Positions 42,284 to 53,853 of a stretch of 64,000 nt of DNA are shown one piece after another (position 1 is the stretch's first letter; every line of letters begins with the position of its first letter). Location of the stretch: positions 32,001-96,000 of IMG/VR virus record IMGVR_UViG_3300021431_000090; one strand, written 5' to 3'. The notes below the pieces were generated by a model that was not told the DNA's origin, ran no database searches, and saw only the letters and a program-made list of their open reading frames with translations. The DNA comes from a virus (Duplodnaviria > Caudoviricetes). A program made the translations under genes and the position numbers.

Positions 42284-42655
42284 TTAGAACGGGAGCCTAT
42301 CGTCTGTTTCGTCTACTTCGCCGTCGTCAACCTTGTGATGCTGCTCAGGAGCCGGATCAGAGCCATCTGCCATTTCAAAATTAAAGATATTGAAATTTGT
42401 AAAGGTCTGCTTTGTGTCCTTATAATAGACGTTTGTCACATCAACATCTCCAAGTTTAATTCTGTCGCCTTCTTTTAGAGTCGCGGCCTTTGTCGCTGCG
42501 GCTGTTCCAATAAAGCTTACAAACCCACCGAAATCCTGTTCATACTGACCAGTTTCCTTATTCTTCTTACTAATGGAGATTCTCCCCTTAGTAACTGTAC
42601 TTTTTACCGGTTCAACCGACCACACTTTTGCATAACTTCCTGTTCTAAATCCCAT
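42284..42655 (-). CDS. ssb: Single-stranded DNA-binding protein
   Basis: OB-fold size; acidic tail ending DDRLPF. Confidence 0.8.
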   Translation of the reverse strand: MGFRTGSYAKVWSVEPVKSTVTKGRISISKKNKETGQYEQDFGGFVSFIGTAAATKAATLKEGDRIKLGDVDVTNVYYKDTKQTFTNFNIFNFEMADGSDPAPEQHHKVDDGEVDETDDRLPF

Positions 42656-45600
42656 TTAAATCACTCCTGTTCTGTTTTAACTCATTAACACATCTAAGCA
42701 CCATGATATGACTAGATATGAGCTTAACATAAAGAATTCTATTCCCGCCGTTGAACATAAAGCCACCCAGAACGGCATCTGATCATCCCCACTATCGCTG
42801 ATCCAAATAACAGTTCCTACGATTAATGACGAGAAAAGCCATAGTATTACGCCAGCTAATATTTTAATTGCGTTCCCTCTTCTTTCAGCCGATAAACCTG
42901 GATCTCATCTCAGCCCCACAATTTTTGCAGAAATTCCCTACTGGTTCCATGAGGCCACACTTTGAGCATCGGAAAGTATGATAACTTTGAATCCCCATAC
43001 CAATTAAATGGTCTGTTTGCCACTCACCACGGTTATCAACGATTTGGTATTTCTTTTGTGGATACCCGACGGCTATCATTTCAGCACTACCATCATCATT
43101 GAAATGAGTCAGGAATGTTTTTGGATCATTCTCGGTTGGAGCTTTAAATCCTTGTATAATAACGCTCATTTTTACCTCATTGTTTGATTCTGTCGAGCAA
43201 CTTGCCGCACCGTCCACATCTTAAAAACCGCTTGCCGTAGAAGATCACCTCGACGTACTTCTCTGGCTTGTGGATTCCAAGTCTACATAGAAGATTCATC
43301 TTGAACATTTTGAACATCATAATAGAAATCCGAAATCGCAGCATTCATTTCGTCATCAAAATACTCTTCAATAAATTCTTCTAAGTGTCTCTTTACCTCA
43401 TCTGCGGAATCGACTTCCACATCGTTTGGTACTACTACGCTCATTGAAAGCTTACAACCACACGTTATTTTCTTGTAAGGCAGTTCCATATTACTCCTCC
43501 CACCACATATCTATTGGATCTTCTCTTACTATTTCTTCAGCATTCGAGATGAAACCATCCAGCGCATCATCACCAAACGATTTAATGTTTCTGAATGGAC
43601 AAGCTTGAACTGTTATCCTGCAACGCAAGCAGCCTTTAGTTTCGCATTCTCTTCTTACTACCATCAAAAACTCAAGCGCCTCCACCCTTTACCTCTTCTT
43701 TCAGCCATTCAAGCCAATCTGCTTCCAATGCTGCTCTTTCTAACATTGGTTGCATTCCGAGTATCCTATTTTCAATGAATGTGAGCCACTCTGCCAGCTG
43801 GCCATCTGTCATCTGACGGATTTTATCTGCGTTTGTCATGTTTCCTCCGCTTCGATGATGGTTGGTGCGTTATCAATATCATCCAAGCAAACCACTTTCT
43901 TTACATCATCTGGTCGTAATGCAGCGGAAGCATAGTACCAATTATCTGTTAGCGCATCCACATCAACCAGTCTGCCGTGCGGTCGAACTTCTTCTAAACG
44001 GCACCAGTCTGGTCTTGTTCCCTTTTCGCAGCACTCGTAATACTCTCGTACTCTTGATGGAATCCCTGAAACAAAGACACAATGCATATCATAACCAACA
44101 CCAACAAGTTTACACGGACAACTTTTCGGCATCTCCATGCCCTTAATATAAACCCCCATGTTATACCTCCGCTTCTATGATGGTTGGTGCTTCTTCAAGG
44201 CAACCCGCAATAGCAGACATCGTAGGGCTTTCAGACAAGTCATCAGTTGCGTATAAACGCAAGCATTCTTCTTTTAGCTCTTTTATAATCGCATCCGCAT
44301 CGATCAACCTTCCATGCGGTTCTGGGATAGTCATTACCTTATGCCACTCAGTTGAACTGCCAGAATTATAATCGTGATATCTCGCGTATAATTTCCCACT
44401 TAATTCTGTAGCAAATTCTATTGTAATCGATGGGTCTATTTCTTTCGGCATCTCCATGCCTTTGATATAAATGCCCATTTCATTCCTCCTTCGGCGGCTT
44501 TGTATCATCAAACAAAAGCCATTCTAAATGTGAAATAAACAGTTTTGCGTTTTCTTCGTTTTTAAAGCTTGCGACCTTAAAAGCGTTGTGTTTGTAGTGA
44601 ATCCATAAGCTTGGATTTTTCCCAAATCCATCAATCTGACTTACAGAAACGCCAAAATCCCCACGTTTGTAGATCATTCCGGCTTCTCCTTCGGCGGTTC
44701 CGACTTACAGATATGAAGGATTCTTTTCGTCTGCAATTCTTCAATCTTTCGTTTTACCGCACATCCAAAACGGATAATTCTATCGCACTCCTCACACGAT
44801 CTGTTCAGATTGCAAAATGCAGTAAAATGTCCGTATGTGTGAAACAAAACATGTCTTGCTTCTTCGAGCTGTTCCCTTGTCGGTATCATGTTTCCTCCTC
44901 CGGCGGTTCTGGAAATCCGTAGTTTTCCTCCATTGGTGGTTTAACAGAATGGCTTTTTGTTCGCCGATATCCATCATCTAATCCAAAGTATTCTCCGGCT
45001 TCATATAATTCGCAGCGTGGCATATCAGGCTTTCGAGCTTTTTCGTTTTGTGTTTTGCTTCGTGCAACCATGCAGCAGTAGCCGCGCCCATTGGTTTTAT
45101 ATCGGTCAAGCCATTTGCAGCCATGACAGTTTTGAATCATGTTCCTGCCCTCTCTTCCTTTAGTTGACATTTCTTAGGGAAAGAATGAATGGATCCGTTC
45201 TTTTTAGCACACCAGTAATTACTTATCGTTCGCTCTCCTAACTTGTTTTTAGTACCATAATGCTTTGCAAAGTATATGCATCCGGCACAATCATGGATAC
45301 TCATGATTCTTCCTCCGCATGCCTTTCACAAGTACGCTCATTCCTCATAGTTCACCAAGATCATACTGATACTATCAAGGAGTCCTCTGAAAGAATCTGG
45401 GCTCAATGTATTTAATGCTTCATCAAGCAGTTCTTCAACTGCTTCTTCAAAATCGTATTTACTTTTCATGATTCCGCCTTTCTTTCTGGACAAATCCATG
45501 CGCATCCTTCGTATCTGTTCATAATCTCCGAAAAATGTGGTGATTTATTATTGACGCAAAACGAGCCATCTTTGTTACGGCAATCGTAGTAGGCGCAGTT

Positions 45601-46420
45601 CTGACAGACAGGTTCGTCATCATCTATAATTGTAATCATGCATCACCATCAAAACAGCTATGTATTTCCCTTGCATCAACTTCGCAATCCCACTTAGAGC
45701 AATGATCATAGTACCAGTTGTACCATTTGCAATTATCACAATTCATATTTTCCATATGCATTCTTTACCTCATTCATAGCATTCGCACAAATCGTCGTTG
45801 TTCACTTGCTTCTGGTGTACAGAACATTTAAGCCTATAAGGTGGGTCATCCATAGATGAATAAATACACGTACCGCATCTTGCGTTTTTGTGTTCAAACC
45901 ACCTTATAAACTCGTCTCGATTGCTGAACAGTGCGTAAACCACATAGTTAGCACATTGTTCAACTACTGCCCGTTCCTGTTCGGTAAGTGATTTTTTGTT
46001 GCATTCGTCTTTAACATCTTCACCATAGAACAACAAATTCTCAAAATAGTGTTCAAGATTGCTCAATTATTTCTCCTTTGGTGTCCAATGCGACCAGTCT
46101 ATGCACCCCTTATTAAAACGGTCTGGGTCATAGCACATATTCTGCTTCCACATATCGTTGTAATGCCCGAAATAGCATGTACTACAGCTCTTTTTTATTT
46201 CAATATCAACAGGCTTTTCGTCTTCCTCGCCCCTGAGCTTTCGCCCGCACAAAGGGCAGAATTTGATATCCCATATATAATCGAATCCAATTCCGCCATC
46301 CCAGTCAGCACTCTCGTATAGCGTGTCGCCTTCTTCGTGGTTCTTGCAGAACTTACAATTAATGTCCTCTATCATATTTAGTCTCTCCATTTTGTTCCCG
46401 ACATTTATGTCGGTAACATA

Positions 46421-46561
46421 ACTTCACGGGCGAGGATTTGCACCTCGCATGTCAGATCATTTCGGGCCGTTCGCTACCCACATTTTCTAAGGCGTTGTCG
46501 CACAACGCTATGGCGCATCTGACTCCCCTTTAAGCGTCTACCTATTCCGCCACCGTGAAGT
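46421..46561 (-). ncRNA. tRNA-like RNA with an expanded central domain
   Basis: 9-bp terminal stem ACTTCACGG/CCGTGAAGT; D-arm TGGCGGAATAGGTAGACGC; T-arm GCGAGG-TGCAAAT-CCTCGC; ~85 nt in place of the anticodon arm. Confidence 0.7.
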
Positions 46562-46728
46562 CTGCTTTTTATTAGTCCCGCTGCGATATATCTGTTATAT
46601 ACAACACTCTATAGCCCTCAAGAGTCAGCCATGCAACGGCGTGCTCTATGTTTTGGAAGTACCGTATTATTTTCTTAACAACTCCTCTGCTCTCAACTAC
46701 ACACTTGTATTTGTACATATGCCTCCGT

Positions 46729-47541
46729 TTATCCGGCAACTTCCCGTTCGAGGATGTCGTTCCCTGCAATGTATTTATAACCTCTACTACCAAGATCAAG
46801 TGATTTATATGCATCCGATATTTCCTCGGCGTCAAGGCCAATATAAGTAAGCGTCTGTAGCATAGTCGCATGCCCTAGCATTTTCTGGAGAAGCAGAAGC
46901 CGTCTCGGCTCGTTGTTTCCACGAACCATCATCCAGTAGCAGAATGTTTTCCTCAGCGTATGAGTAGAAATCTTGACGTTTAAATCAAGATCAGAAGCAA
47001 TTCCCTTTAAGATGTATTCAATTGCGCGAACAGACAGAGGTTCGTTCTTATTCCCGCCATGATTTGACTCGCTCCTAAACATGTAGTCGCTCAGCGAAAC
47101 GCCTGGTGTGTGCTCAAGAAATAGTGTTACAGCCTCAATCACAGCATCATTTACTGTAATATACCTGTTCTTTTTCCGTGACCTTGTATTCCTCGTTTTC
47201 TTCTCAAAAACCGGGAAGCTTTCCTTGAAGGTTAAGTTCTCATTAATAAGGTTAGAAAACCGCAGCATTCTTAAGTCGCTTGCCCTCAAACCAAAGTTGA
47301 TTCCTACTATGAATAACATATTGTCTCGCCATCTCTTGTTCTCTATGAGATACTCAGTCACTCTGTAGATATCATCAATGTTTTTGATTGGTTCGGCGGC
47401 ATGTTCCGGGGCAATATCGCTCTGGATTTGCTCTGCGGCTGGAGCGATAAGGCCTTGCGCAAGCTTCCTCGAAGTATTGTTTTTAAGAGCAGAAACATTA
47501 ATTGTGTTTAAACGTGCTTCTTTGAAATCTACTATCTCCAT
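46729..47541 (-). CDS. Tyrosine recombinase-family protein (catalytic domain)
   Basis: 'GLRASDL', 'EKKT', 'STHTLRKT', 'LGH...TLTYIG'. Confidence 0.88.
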   Translation of the reverse strand: MEIVDFKEARLNTINVSALKNNTSRKLAQGLIAPAAEQIQSDIAPEHAAEPIKNIDDIYRVTEYLIENKRWRDNMLFIVGINFGLRASDLRMLRFSNLINENLTFKESFPVFEKKTRNTRSRKKNRYITVNDAVIEAVTLFLEHTPGVSLSDYMFRSESNHGGNKNEPLSVRAIEYILKGIASDLDLNVKISTHTLRKTFCYWMMVRGNNEPRRLLLLQKMLGHATMLQTLTYIGLDAEEISDAYKSLDLGSRGYKYIAGNDILEREVAG

Positions 47542-47589
47542 ATTGCCACCTCATTCAATTGTAATTAAGACTGCGGTTTAACCTACTGA

Positions 47590-48282
47590 CTATTTGTTTA
47601 TGTACGTATTCTTGAAGTCTTCGAGTAATTTAGCTGCGAGAGAAGACTCTTTAATTGCTAAGTAATTTGCATTCTTAGCGAACCTCGAAATAAACTTCTT
47701 GACTTCCTCGGTCTTGTCCTGATGATCGGCAAGGTACTGTTTGAGGAGTGTGTCAAATTCCCCAATGATTGCCTCAGCGATCGCTTTATCTTCAGATGCC
47801 TCAGCAGCTTTCTGTTTACTACGGTAAGCGTCTACGTCGATGTCGGACTGAGCGATTTGGAAGAATGAAGTAAGGAACTGCCTCATTGTGTACGTAAGAC
47901 CAGATCCTAGCGCCTGTGATGGATCGGCCTGAGAGCCAGTGACAAACCACGGAACTTCGATATAGTCATCTGGGTCTTCATCATTTATCCATTTGTAAAT
48001 CATATCTGCTTTTACAAGCATCTCTGTAACCGTGTTATCATATGGCTTTCCCGTCTTATCCACTTTTGTGTTGACAGTAACCATCTGAGAAACCTCGGCG
48101 GTCCCAGGAACAATTGAAGGGATTAGCGAAACATCGTACTTTTTCATACCAGCGGTGACCTTTGCAAGGATTTCCGTGATGTCTGTGTATGAATAGTTGA
48201 ATCCCTTTTTGTCTTTCTTCGCTACGTCACTAATCTTGCGAATGTTTGCAAGCTTCTGAACCAAATTAAGTTTTGCTTCCAT
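47590..48282 (-). CDS. ERF-family single-strand annealing protein
   Basis: 'YSYTDI..I', 'D.SQALGSGLTY..R.FL...F....D.D'. Confidence 0.85.
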   Translation of the reverse strand: MEAKLNLVQKLANIRKISDVAKKDKKGFNYSYTDITEILAKVTAGMKKYDVSLIPSIVPGTAEVSQMVTVNTKVDKTGKPYDNTVTEMLVKADMIYKWINDEDPDDYIEVPWFVTGSQADPSQALGSGLTYTMRQFLTSFFQIAQSDIDVDAYRSKQKAAEASEDKAIAEAIIGEFDTLLKQYLADHQDKTEEVKKFISRFAKNANYLAIKESSLAAKLLEDFKNTYINK

Positions 48283-48352
48283 ATAATCCTTCCTGTGCAG
48301 ACTTTATAATTATGTTGATATGTAAAAAGAGAAGCCCTTTCGGGCTACTCTT

Positions 48353-49315
48353 CTAAGCAAATGTCATTTTCCAACGTTTGTAGTCGGTGGAATACTCAGA
48401 TGCCAATTTCCTCTTCTTTGCTCCTTGTGTATTTCTGCCGGAGCTTAGGTTATATTCCTTGTCTCCTGTTACCGCATCAACAATCACATAAAAATCAGGT
48501 TTAATACCAGCTAGTTCGTCCTCGTACAATCTATAAAAAACACCTGAAAGCCACACTCTATAATAGCTTAATCTTAATCCGCACTTATCGTTAGATTTGC
48601 TGCATTCAGCCAAGTATCTTTTAGATCTCCTAGAAAGTTCGACACGCATCGAACCAACTGTTGGGACAGAACGAAATCCTCTTATTAAGATATCGCCATC
48701 TACTCTGCTACGTTTTATCGGTTCATAGTTTGGATGGACATATACAAATTCTTTGAGATTTACGCAATTTTTAAATGCCTGGATTGCCTCTCTGTATATT
48801 GTATATGCCTCACCATTATAAACGACAACCAGATCATCAAGATGTACGTCTGAGCATCTTACATTAAAGATATCTGCCTCGGCCATTCCGGCATATGCGA
48901 GCCAGTAATAGCAGCGTATCGTATTGTCTGCCGTCTCATCACTTTCCGGCACACAGATCTCATCTAAGTACCTTTGGAGATGTCTCGGATTCCGCACCAT
49001 CTCTTGCTTTATTTTCTCTGTGTTGTCTGGGTTGATTTTTAGAAGACCATCACATGCCCCCGGAACGTTATTCTTAATACACCATTCCGCGTAGTTGCGT
49101 AAAATTGAAAGCCGTAGTGTTTTACTGGACACTCTTAATCCAACAACATTATCAACTACTTGCTTTAATTCATCTTCCCTTTTAGTACAAATGTCAGCTC
49201 CCCATTCATTCTCATATTTTTCAAGGAAGTTGAATAGGGTGAGGCAGGACTTTCTTAAACTAATGCCGTCTGTATACTCTTTTACAAACTTTTCCTTCAG
49301 CTCAGTGTTATACAT
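48353..49315 (-). CDS. MrpR/YopR-like lysogeny regulator (degenerate integrase fold)
   Basis: 'MYNTELKEKF' N-terminus, 'LAYAGM...I', 'RVWLSG'; integrase-like but without a complete catalytic set. Confidence 0.55.
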   Translation of the reverse strand: MYNTELKEKFVKEYTDGISLRKSCLTLFNFLEKYENEWGADICTKREDELKQVVDNVVGLRVSSKTLRLSILRNYAEWCIKNNVPGACDGLLKINPDNTEKIKQEMVRNPRHLQRYLDEICVPESDETADNTIRCYYWLAYAGMAEADIFNVRCSDVHLDDLVVVYNGEAYTIYREAIQAFKNCVNLKEFVYVHPNYEPIKRSRVDGDILIRGFRSVPTVGSMRVELSRRSKRYLAECSKSNDKCGLRLSYYRVWLSGVFYRLYEDELAGIKPDFYVIVDAVTGDKEYNLSSGRNTQGAKKRKLASEYSTDYKRWKMTFA

Positions 49316-49339
49316 AGCAATTCCTCCTTATTGTATGTA

Positions 49340-49771
49340 TCACGCAACCGTAATGGTTGCGTTTAAGGAGACTGCTTTTTGCCACAATGTGATAAGGATA
49401 TCCGGGTTTAAAAATGAAATAGCGGACGACGCTAAAATACTTGCGCAAGCAACTTCTGCCATATATTCATCAGGTAAAGATGTAATATAATCGCCTATCC
49501 GTTCTTTCGACATTCTCTCCGGGTTCTCGCAGAGAACAATACTATCCTTAGGCAACCCAATCTCTTTTGCGGGGAGTATCACATGCGTCGGCTGTCGCGT
49601 TTTCTTTGCGCGACTCGTAAGCGGCAGAGCTATAATATTCGGGCTATACAAATTCCCTACGTTATTTTGGAAAACCAAACCAGGCCTCCACCCTTTTTGT
49701 TCGCTTCCGCTTCCACCGAATTGCATATAGTAGATATCCCCGATACGAGGCTGTCTACTTATTGCTATCAT
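49340..49771 (-). CDS. PemK/MazF-family endoribonuclease
   Basis: 'GDIYY...GSEQKGWRPGLVFQNNVGN.YSP...PLTS...PTHV...DS.VLCE'. Confidence 0.88.
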   Translation of the reverse strand: MIAISRQPRIGDIYYMQFGGSGSEQKGWRPGLVFQNNVGNLYSPNIIALPLTSRAKKTRQPTHVILPAKEIGLPKDSIVLCENPERMSKERIGDYITSLPDEYMAEVACASILASSAISFLNPDILITLWQKAVSLNATITVA

Positions 49772-50199
49772 CGTATGCTACATCCTTTCGTACAGTTCAG
49801 TATAACACACGTGACGCCGAAGATCAAGTTAATTTTATAGGCACAAACAAATTAGTCTATCAAGAAAGTATAGGCAATATCCTTTTTATTTTCCGTACAA
49901 ATGATGTCTACTCTTACACCGATACTTTCAATGTCATCGAAAACATGAACATTTTTTACATTTTCCATAGTCATCCTGCCTCCGTTATTTGTCAGGCTAA
50001 TTCTATTTGGCTTAAGTACTACAGATATTTTGTCAAATCGCATCGACATGTTCACAGAGTAAGGCGCATTACTCTGATTGATTGTTGAGAAGACGTAACA
50101 AGGGTGTTCTATCCCTGCACAATAATCATCAAATTCCTTTAAGTTTAAAACCCTCATACATTTCCTCCGTTAACCGAACGTCATCATTATATAAAAGTG

Positions 50200-50280
50200 T
50201 TGACAAATACTTTTGTTTCTGTTATTATTCAAGCATAACCAAGGTTTCTATATAATAGCATAAAGAAATACCATTGTCAA
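50200..50280. promoter_or_regulatory. Two face-to-face sigma-A promoters of the lysis/lysogeny switch
   Basis: + strand TTGACA(50200-05)-17-TATTAT(50223-28); - strand TTGACA(50280-75)-17-TATTAT(50257-52). Confidence 0.7.
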
Positions 50281-50312
50281 TAACAGACGCATTAAAAATA
50301 AAGGAGTGCTCA

Positions 50313-51107
50313 ATGACAATTTGTGAAAAAATAAGAACTATGAGGAATTCCCTCTCTTTTACACAGAAAGAACTCGGTGCAAAAATCGGAGTATCCGAAG
50401 TTACTATTCGGAATTGGGAGAGCGGGACGAAATTACCGTCAATGCAAGCAATAATTGACCTGTCAGACGCTTTTAATGTATCAGCTGACTATCTACTCGG
50501 CCTAAAGGACAGGCAAGATCTCCCAAAACAATTTACGATTTCAAAATCCGATGAGGCATTCCTAGAAGATTACAGAATGCTCGATGAGCACGGAAAGAAA
50601 ATGGTGCGCACGGTATGTTCTTTGGAAAGAGAGCGTTTAATTAAGGAAAGACAGAGCATTGCGGTCTTGAAACGTAACGCCAAATCACATACAAGAACTA
50701 TACCATTATTCGTATCTCCGGCAGCTGCCGGTGTATCCGTTCCAGTCGATGGTGATGACTACGAAATGATCCCAGTTGAGAATGATGTCCCGTTTTCCGC
50801 AGACTTTGCTGTCAAAATCCAGGGTGATAGTATGTCGCCGTATATTTCGGACGGCGATATAGTTTACGTGAGGAAGCTACGAGATAATCTTGAGATAGGC
50901 GATGTTGGCATCTTTAGTGTCGATGGAGCAACGTATTGCAAAATCTTTTATGCGGACGAGAATAATAACATTACATTAGTATCAGCTAATCCTGTTTACA
51001 AAAGTAGTAATGTCTATATTCCGTCAGATAGCGGCATGGAACTAACTTGTTTTGGGAAAGTTATTTTGAAACACAAAATTCCTTTCCCACATTACTTCAA
51101 CACATGA
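50313..51107 (+). CDS. CI/LexA-like repressor (HTH_3 plus S24 peptidase)
   Basis: 'TQKELGAKIGVSEVTIRNWESG', 'AAAG', 'GDSMSP', 'YCK'; SD AAGGAG. Confidence 0.92.
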   Translation: MTICEKIRTMRNSLSFTQKELGAKIGVSEVTIRNWESGTKLPSMQAIIDLSDAFNVSADYLLGLKDRQDLPKQFTISKSDEAFLEDYRMLDEHGKKMVRTVCSLERERLIKERQSIAVLKRNAKSHTRTIPLFVSPAAAGVSVPVDGDDYEMIPVENDVPFSADFAVKIQGDSMSPYISDGDIVYVRKLRDNLEIGDVGIFSVDGATYCKIFYADENNNITLVSANPVYKSSNVYIPSDSGMELTCFGKVILKHKIPFPHYFNT

Positions 51108-52354
51108 TCGCGTCGTCTAGTTTCTCTTTCACTTGATCAACTAATTCAAGCGCATCATTGAGTGAGTCAACAGCACGTTCCATATTTTCATACCTATCAC
51201 TAAATTGAAGATTCTCCGGCATGTTGTCCAGAGAATCTTCTTCTGCATCACGTATTACATCTATCTTAGATTCGACACTGTTTAATAGATTTATTACCTC
51301 GCGAATTGAATTCCGTCGTTTATCGTTCAAATATTCTTCTCCCAAATACTCGGAAATACAAATTCCATTACCATCGATCCATCATCTTCGTCTGGATAAA
51401 ACCCGAGTGTAACAGACCTTTCGGCAAGCTTATAGAACAAATCGTTTTCAGGATAGATAATTACCTCATCACATCCAATCGCAATAGATATCGTCATTTT
51501 TATTTCGTCTACCTCAACTTCGATTGAGTTCCCTGAAATATCATCAATGATTTTATCTAATGCATCACAATATGTCTTTAGTATATGCTTGCTATCTTTA
51601 TTCTCTCGAAATGTTGGGGCAAATCTTGTCGTCGCTTCATCAATAACGCTTTCGACAACATCAAAACACTTTATTTTTGGCATATGAAACCTCCGATTAC
51701 TTTCTATCTATTAAAGCAAGCCCATCAAACGTGAAAGCCATGCACACTTTCCCATCTACTCTTGGATATACTTCAAAATTAGAGGCAAGTGTTGCATATT
51801 TTGCAAGCATTCGCGTATTTGAGAACACAACTTTACTACCGATAATTCTGATATACCCAGAACCAATCATCGGTTCATTAATTCCGTGAGTTACTTTGGC
51901 GCCGGTGTTTTTCAGCGAAGATTTGACGGCGTTGTAAACATCGGAAAATTTTCTTATGCCATCTGGATTCAATACACTGACAATTTCGCCCTGTTTCAAT
52001 AACTCACTTGCAATTTTGTTGCATAACTCATCAAAAGCCACATCAACTTCGTCTTTCTCAAAGTTTTCGTCATCAAAACTGCTGTATTTTTCATTGCCCA
52101 ATTTAACCACCCAACCTTTCGGTAATCATAAACCTACTGTCTAAATATTGTCTGCATTACATGATACTTTTCTTCAAGCTCTGGAGGATCTTTGGATTTC
52201 CCCAGCTTTTTTATTTTACCATCATCAAGGATTTCATACAAGTAGTAATAATCCCTGGTATTTTTGCTGGTCATAATAAATAAGATCTCTCCGCTGCTAT
52301 TTGCATAATTAACCCATACGATCTCGCCTTTTGGGTACTGGATCTTTGAGTTAT

Positions 52355-53518
52355 CTAGCATTTCTTTAAAACGTTTACGCACGCAGCTATCGCTTTTGCT
52401 GCAAACCTAACCTCTTCTTTTGTATTCATTCTTGAAAAGGAAATTCTGACTGAGTTTCGTGCGTCATCGTCTGGAATCCCCATCGCTACAAGCACATGAC
52501 TGGGGTGATTTTCCCTACTCGTGCATGCAGAACCTGCGGAAACACAAATTCCCTCTGCATCTAACATGAGTAGTAACGTCTGCCCATCCACGCCGTCGAA
52601 TCTCAAGTTAATTGTTTTCCCAACAGAATTTACATCCGGCCCGTTTACATGAATAATATCTGCAAACCCGTGTCGCTGTAGCGATAGTTCTGAAACAAGT
52701 GTTTTGTAAAACATCTGCTTCATGCTGGATGTGTACGCACTATATTCCGCGAAGTTATTCCTTAGTATCTCACATGCCTTTCCAAACCCAACAATCCCAG
52801 CTACATTTTCCGTGCCGCCACGCAGACCGAATTCCTGCGCAGACCCACCATTAATAAGAGGGTTACACAATAGTTTGTTTCTAACAAATAACGCACCAAC
52901 GCCCTTCGGTCCGTGTATCTTATGTGACGAGATCGACATGAAATCACAATTGAATTTCTTCACGTCGAGTTCCACACTACCGGCTGCCTGAACGCAATCT
53001 GTATGGAAAAGAATACCATTTTCTGCGCACACTCTTCCGATATCCTCAATTGGATTCACTGCTCCAGTTTCGTTATTCATGCACATAATCGATGCATACT
53101 TTGTATTTTCTGTTATTCTATCACAAAATGCAGAAAATTCAATGCTTCCATTCAAACCGACTGGTACGTACTTTGCCTTGTGCCATATATCCACATCATC
53201 AACAGCGTTAAGAAGTGAATCATGTTCGGCCTCATCTGTTATGATTTCCTCGTCATCAATAACGCCTAGAAAAGACTTGACGGCTAGATTATTAGCTTCA
53301 GAGCCACCGGATGTGAATATAATCTGATCTGGTTCCGCACCAATCAGACTTGCCACATGATTCCTTGCTGTTTCTACAGCGCATTGCGCTCGTCGGCCAA
53401 GAGAATAAACACCGCCAGGATTCCCGTATTCATCTTTTAAGTACGGCATCATTTCATCTAAGACTCTCGGATCAATCTTAGTTGTTGCCGCGTTATCAAG
53501 GTAGATCAAGTTAACCAC
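52355..53518 (-). CDS. iscS: Cysteine desulfurase (IscS/NifS family)
   Basis: 'YLDNAATT', 'HTDCVQA', 'SSHKIHGPKGVG', 'SAGSACTS'. Confidence 0.93.
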   Translation of the reverse strand: MVNLIYLDNAATTKIDPRVLDEMMPYLKDEYGNPGGVYSLGRRAQCAVETARNHVASLIGAEPDQIIFTSGGSEANNLAVKSFLGVIDDEEIITDEAEHDSLLNAVDDVDIWHKAKYVPVGLNGSIEFSAFCDRITENTKYASIMCMNNETGAVNPIEDIGRVCAENGILFHTDCVQAAGSVELDVKKFNCDFMSISSHKIHGPKGVGALFVRNKLLCNPLINGGSAQEFGLRGGTENVAGIVGFGKACEILRNNFAEYSAYTSSMKQMFYKTLVSELSLQRHGFADIIHVNGPDVNSVGKTINLRFDGVDGQTLLLMLDAEGICVSAGSACTSRENHPSHVLVAMGIPDDDARNSVRISFSRMNTKEEVRFAAKAIAACVNVLKKC

Positions 53519-53535
53519 TCCCTTCTAATCTATGT

Positions 53536-53853
53536 TTATTTATGTATGGTTAAAAACGTAGAAACGAAATCCAAGAACTCTTTATCATCATCCGCTTCTA
53601 TTTCTATCCCGCAGTTTAACCCAGCGAACATTGCGTCACGCCAAGGCCATCTCCCGCGATCATCAACAATATGATAGCAATTACGTTTCTTCCCGATTGA
53701 TTGCACATGCCAATCTAATATCGTAACAATTTTCCCTTTGAATTTTGACATTGAGCTGTGTGCGCGGATATCGTCGTAATATTTATCCTTTGTTAAATCA
53801 GGCCTAACATAAACTTTGTCGCCAGGTTCGTAATGACCATTCTTCACTAGCAA
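53536..53853 (-). CDS. Small SH3/KOW-like protein with acidic tail
   Basis: 'PGDKVYVRPDL...WPW.DAMF...DDKEFLDF'; paralog of the 60803 and 61119 ORFs. Confidence 0.55.
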   Translation of the reverse strand: MLVKNGHYEPGDKVYVRPDLTKDKYYDDIRAHSSMSKFKGKIVTILDWHVQSIGKKRNCYHIVDDRGRWPWRDAMFAGLNCGIEIEADDDKEFLDFVSTFLTIHK

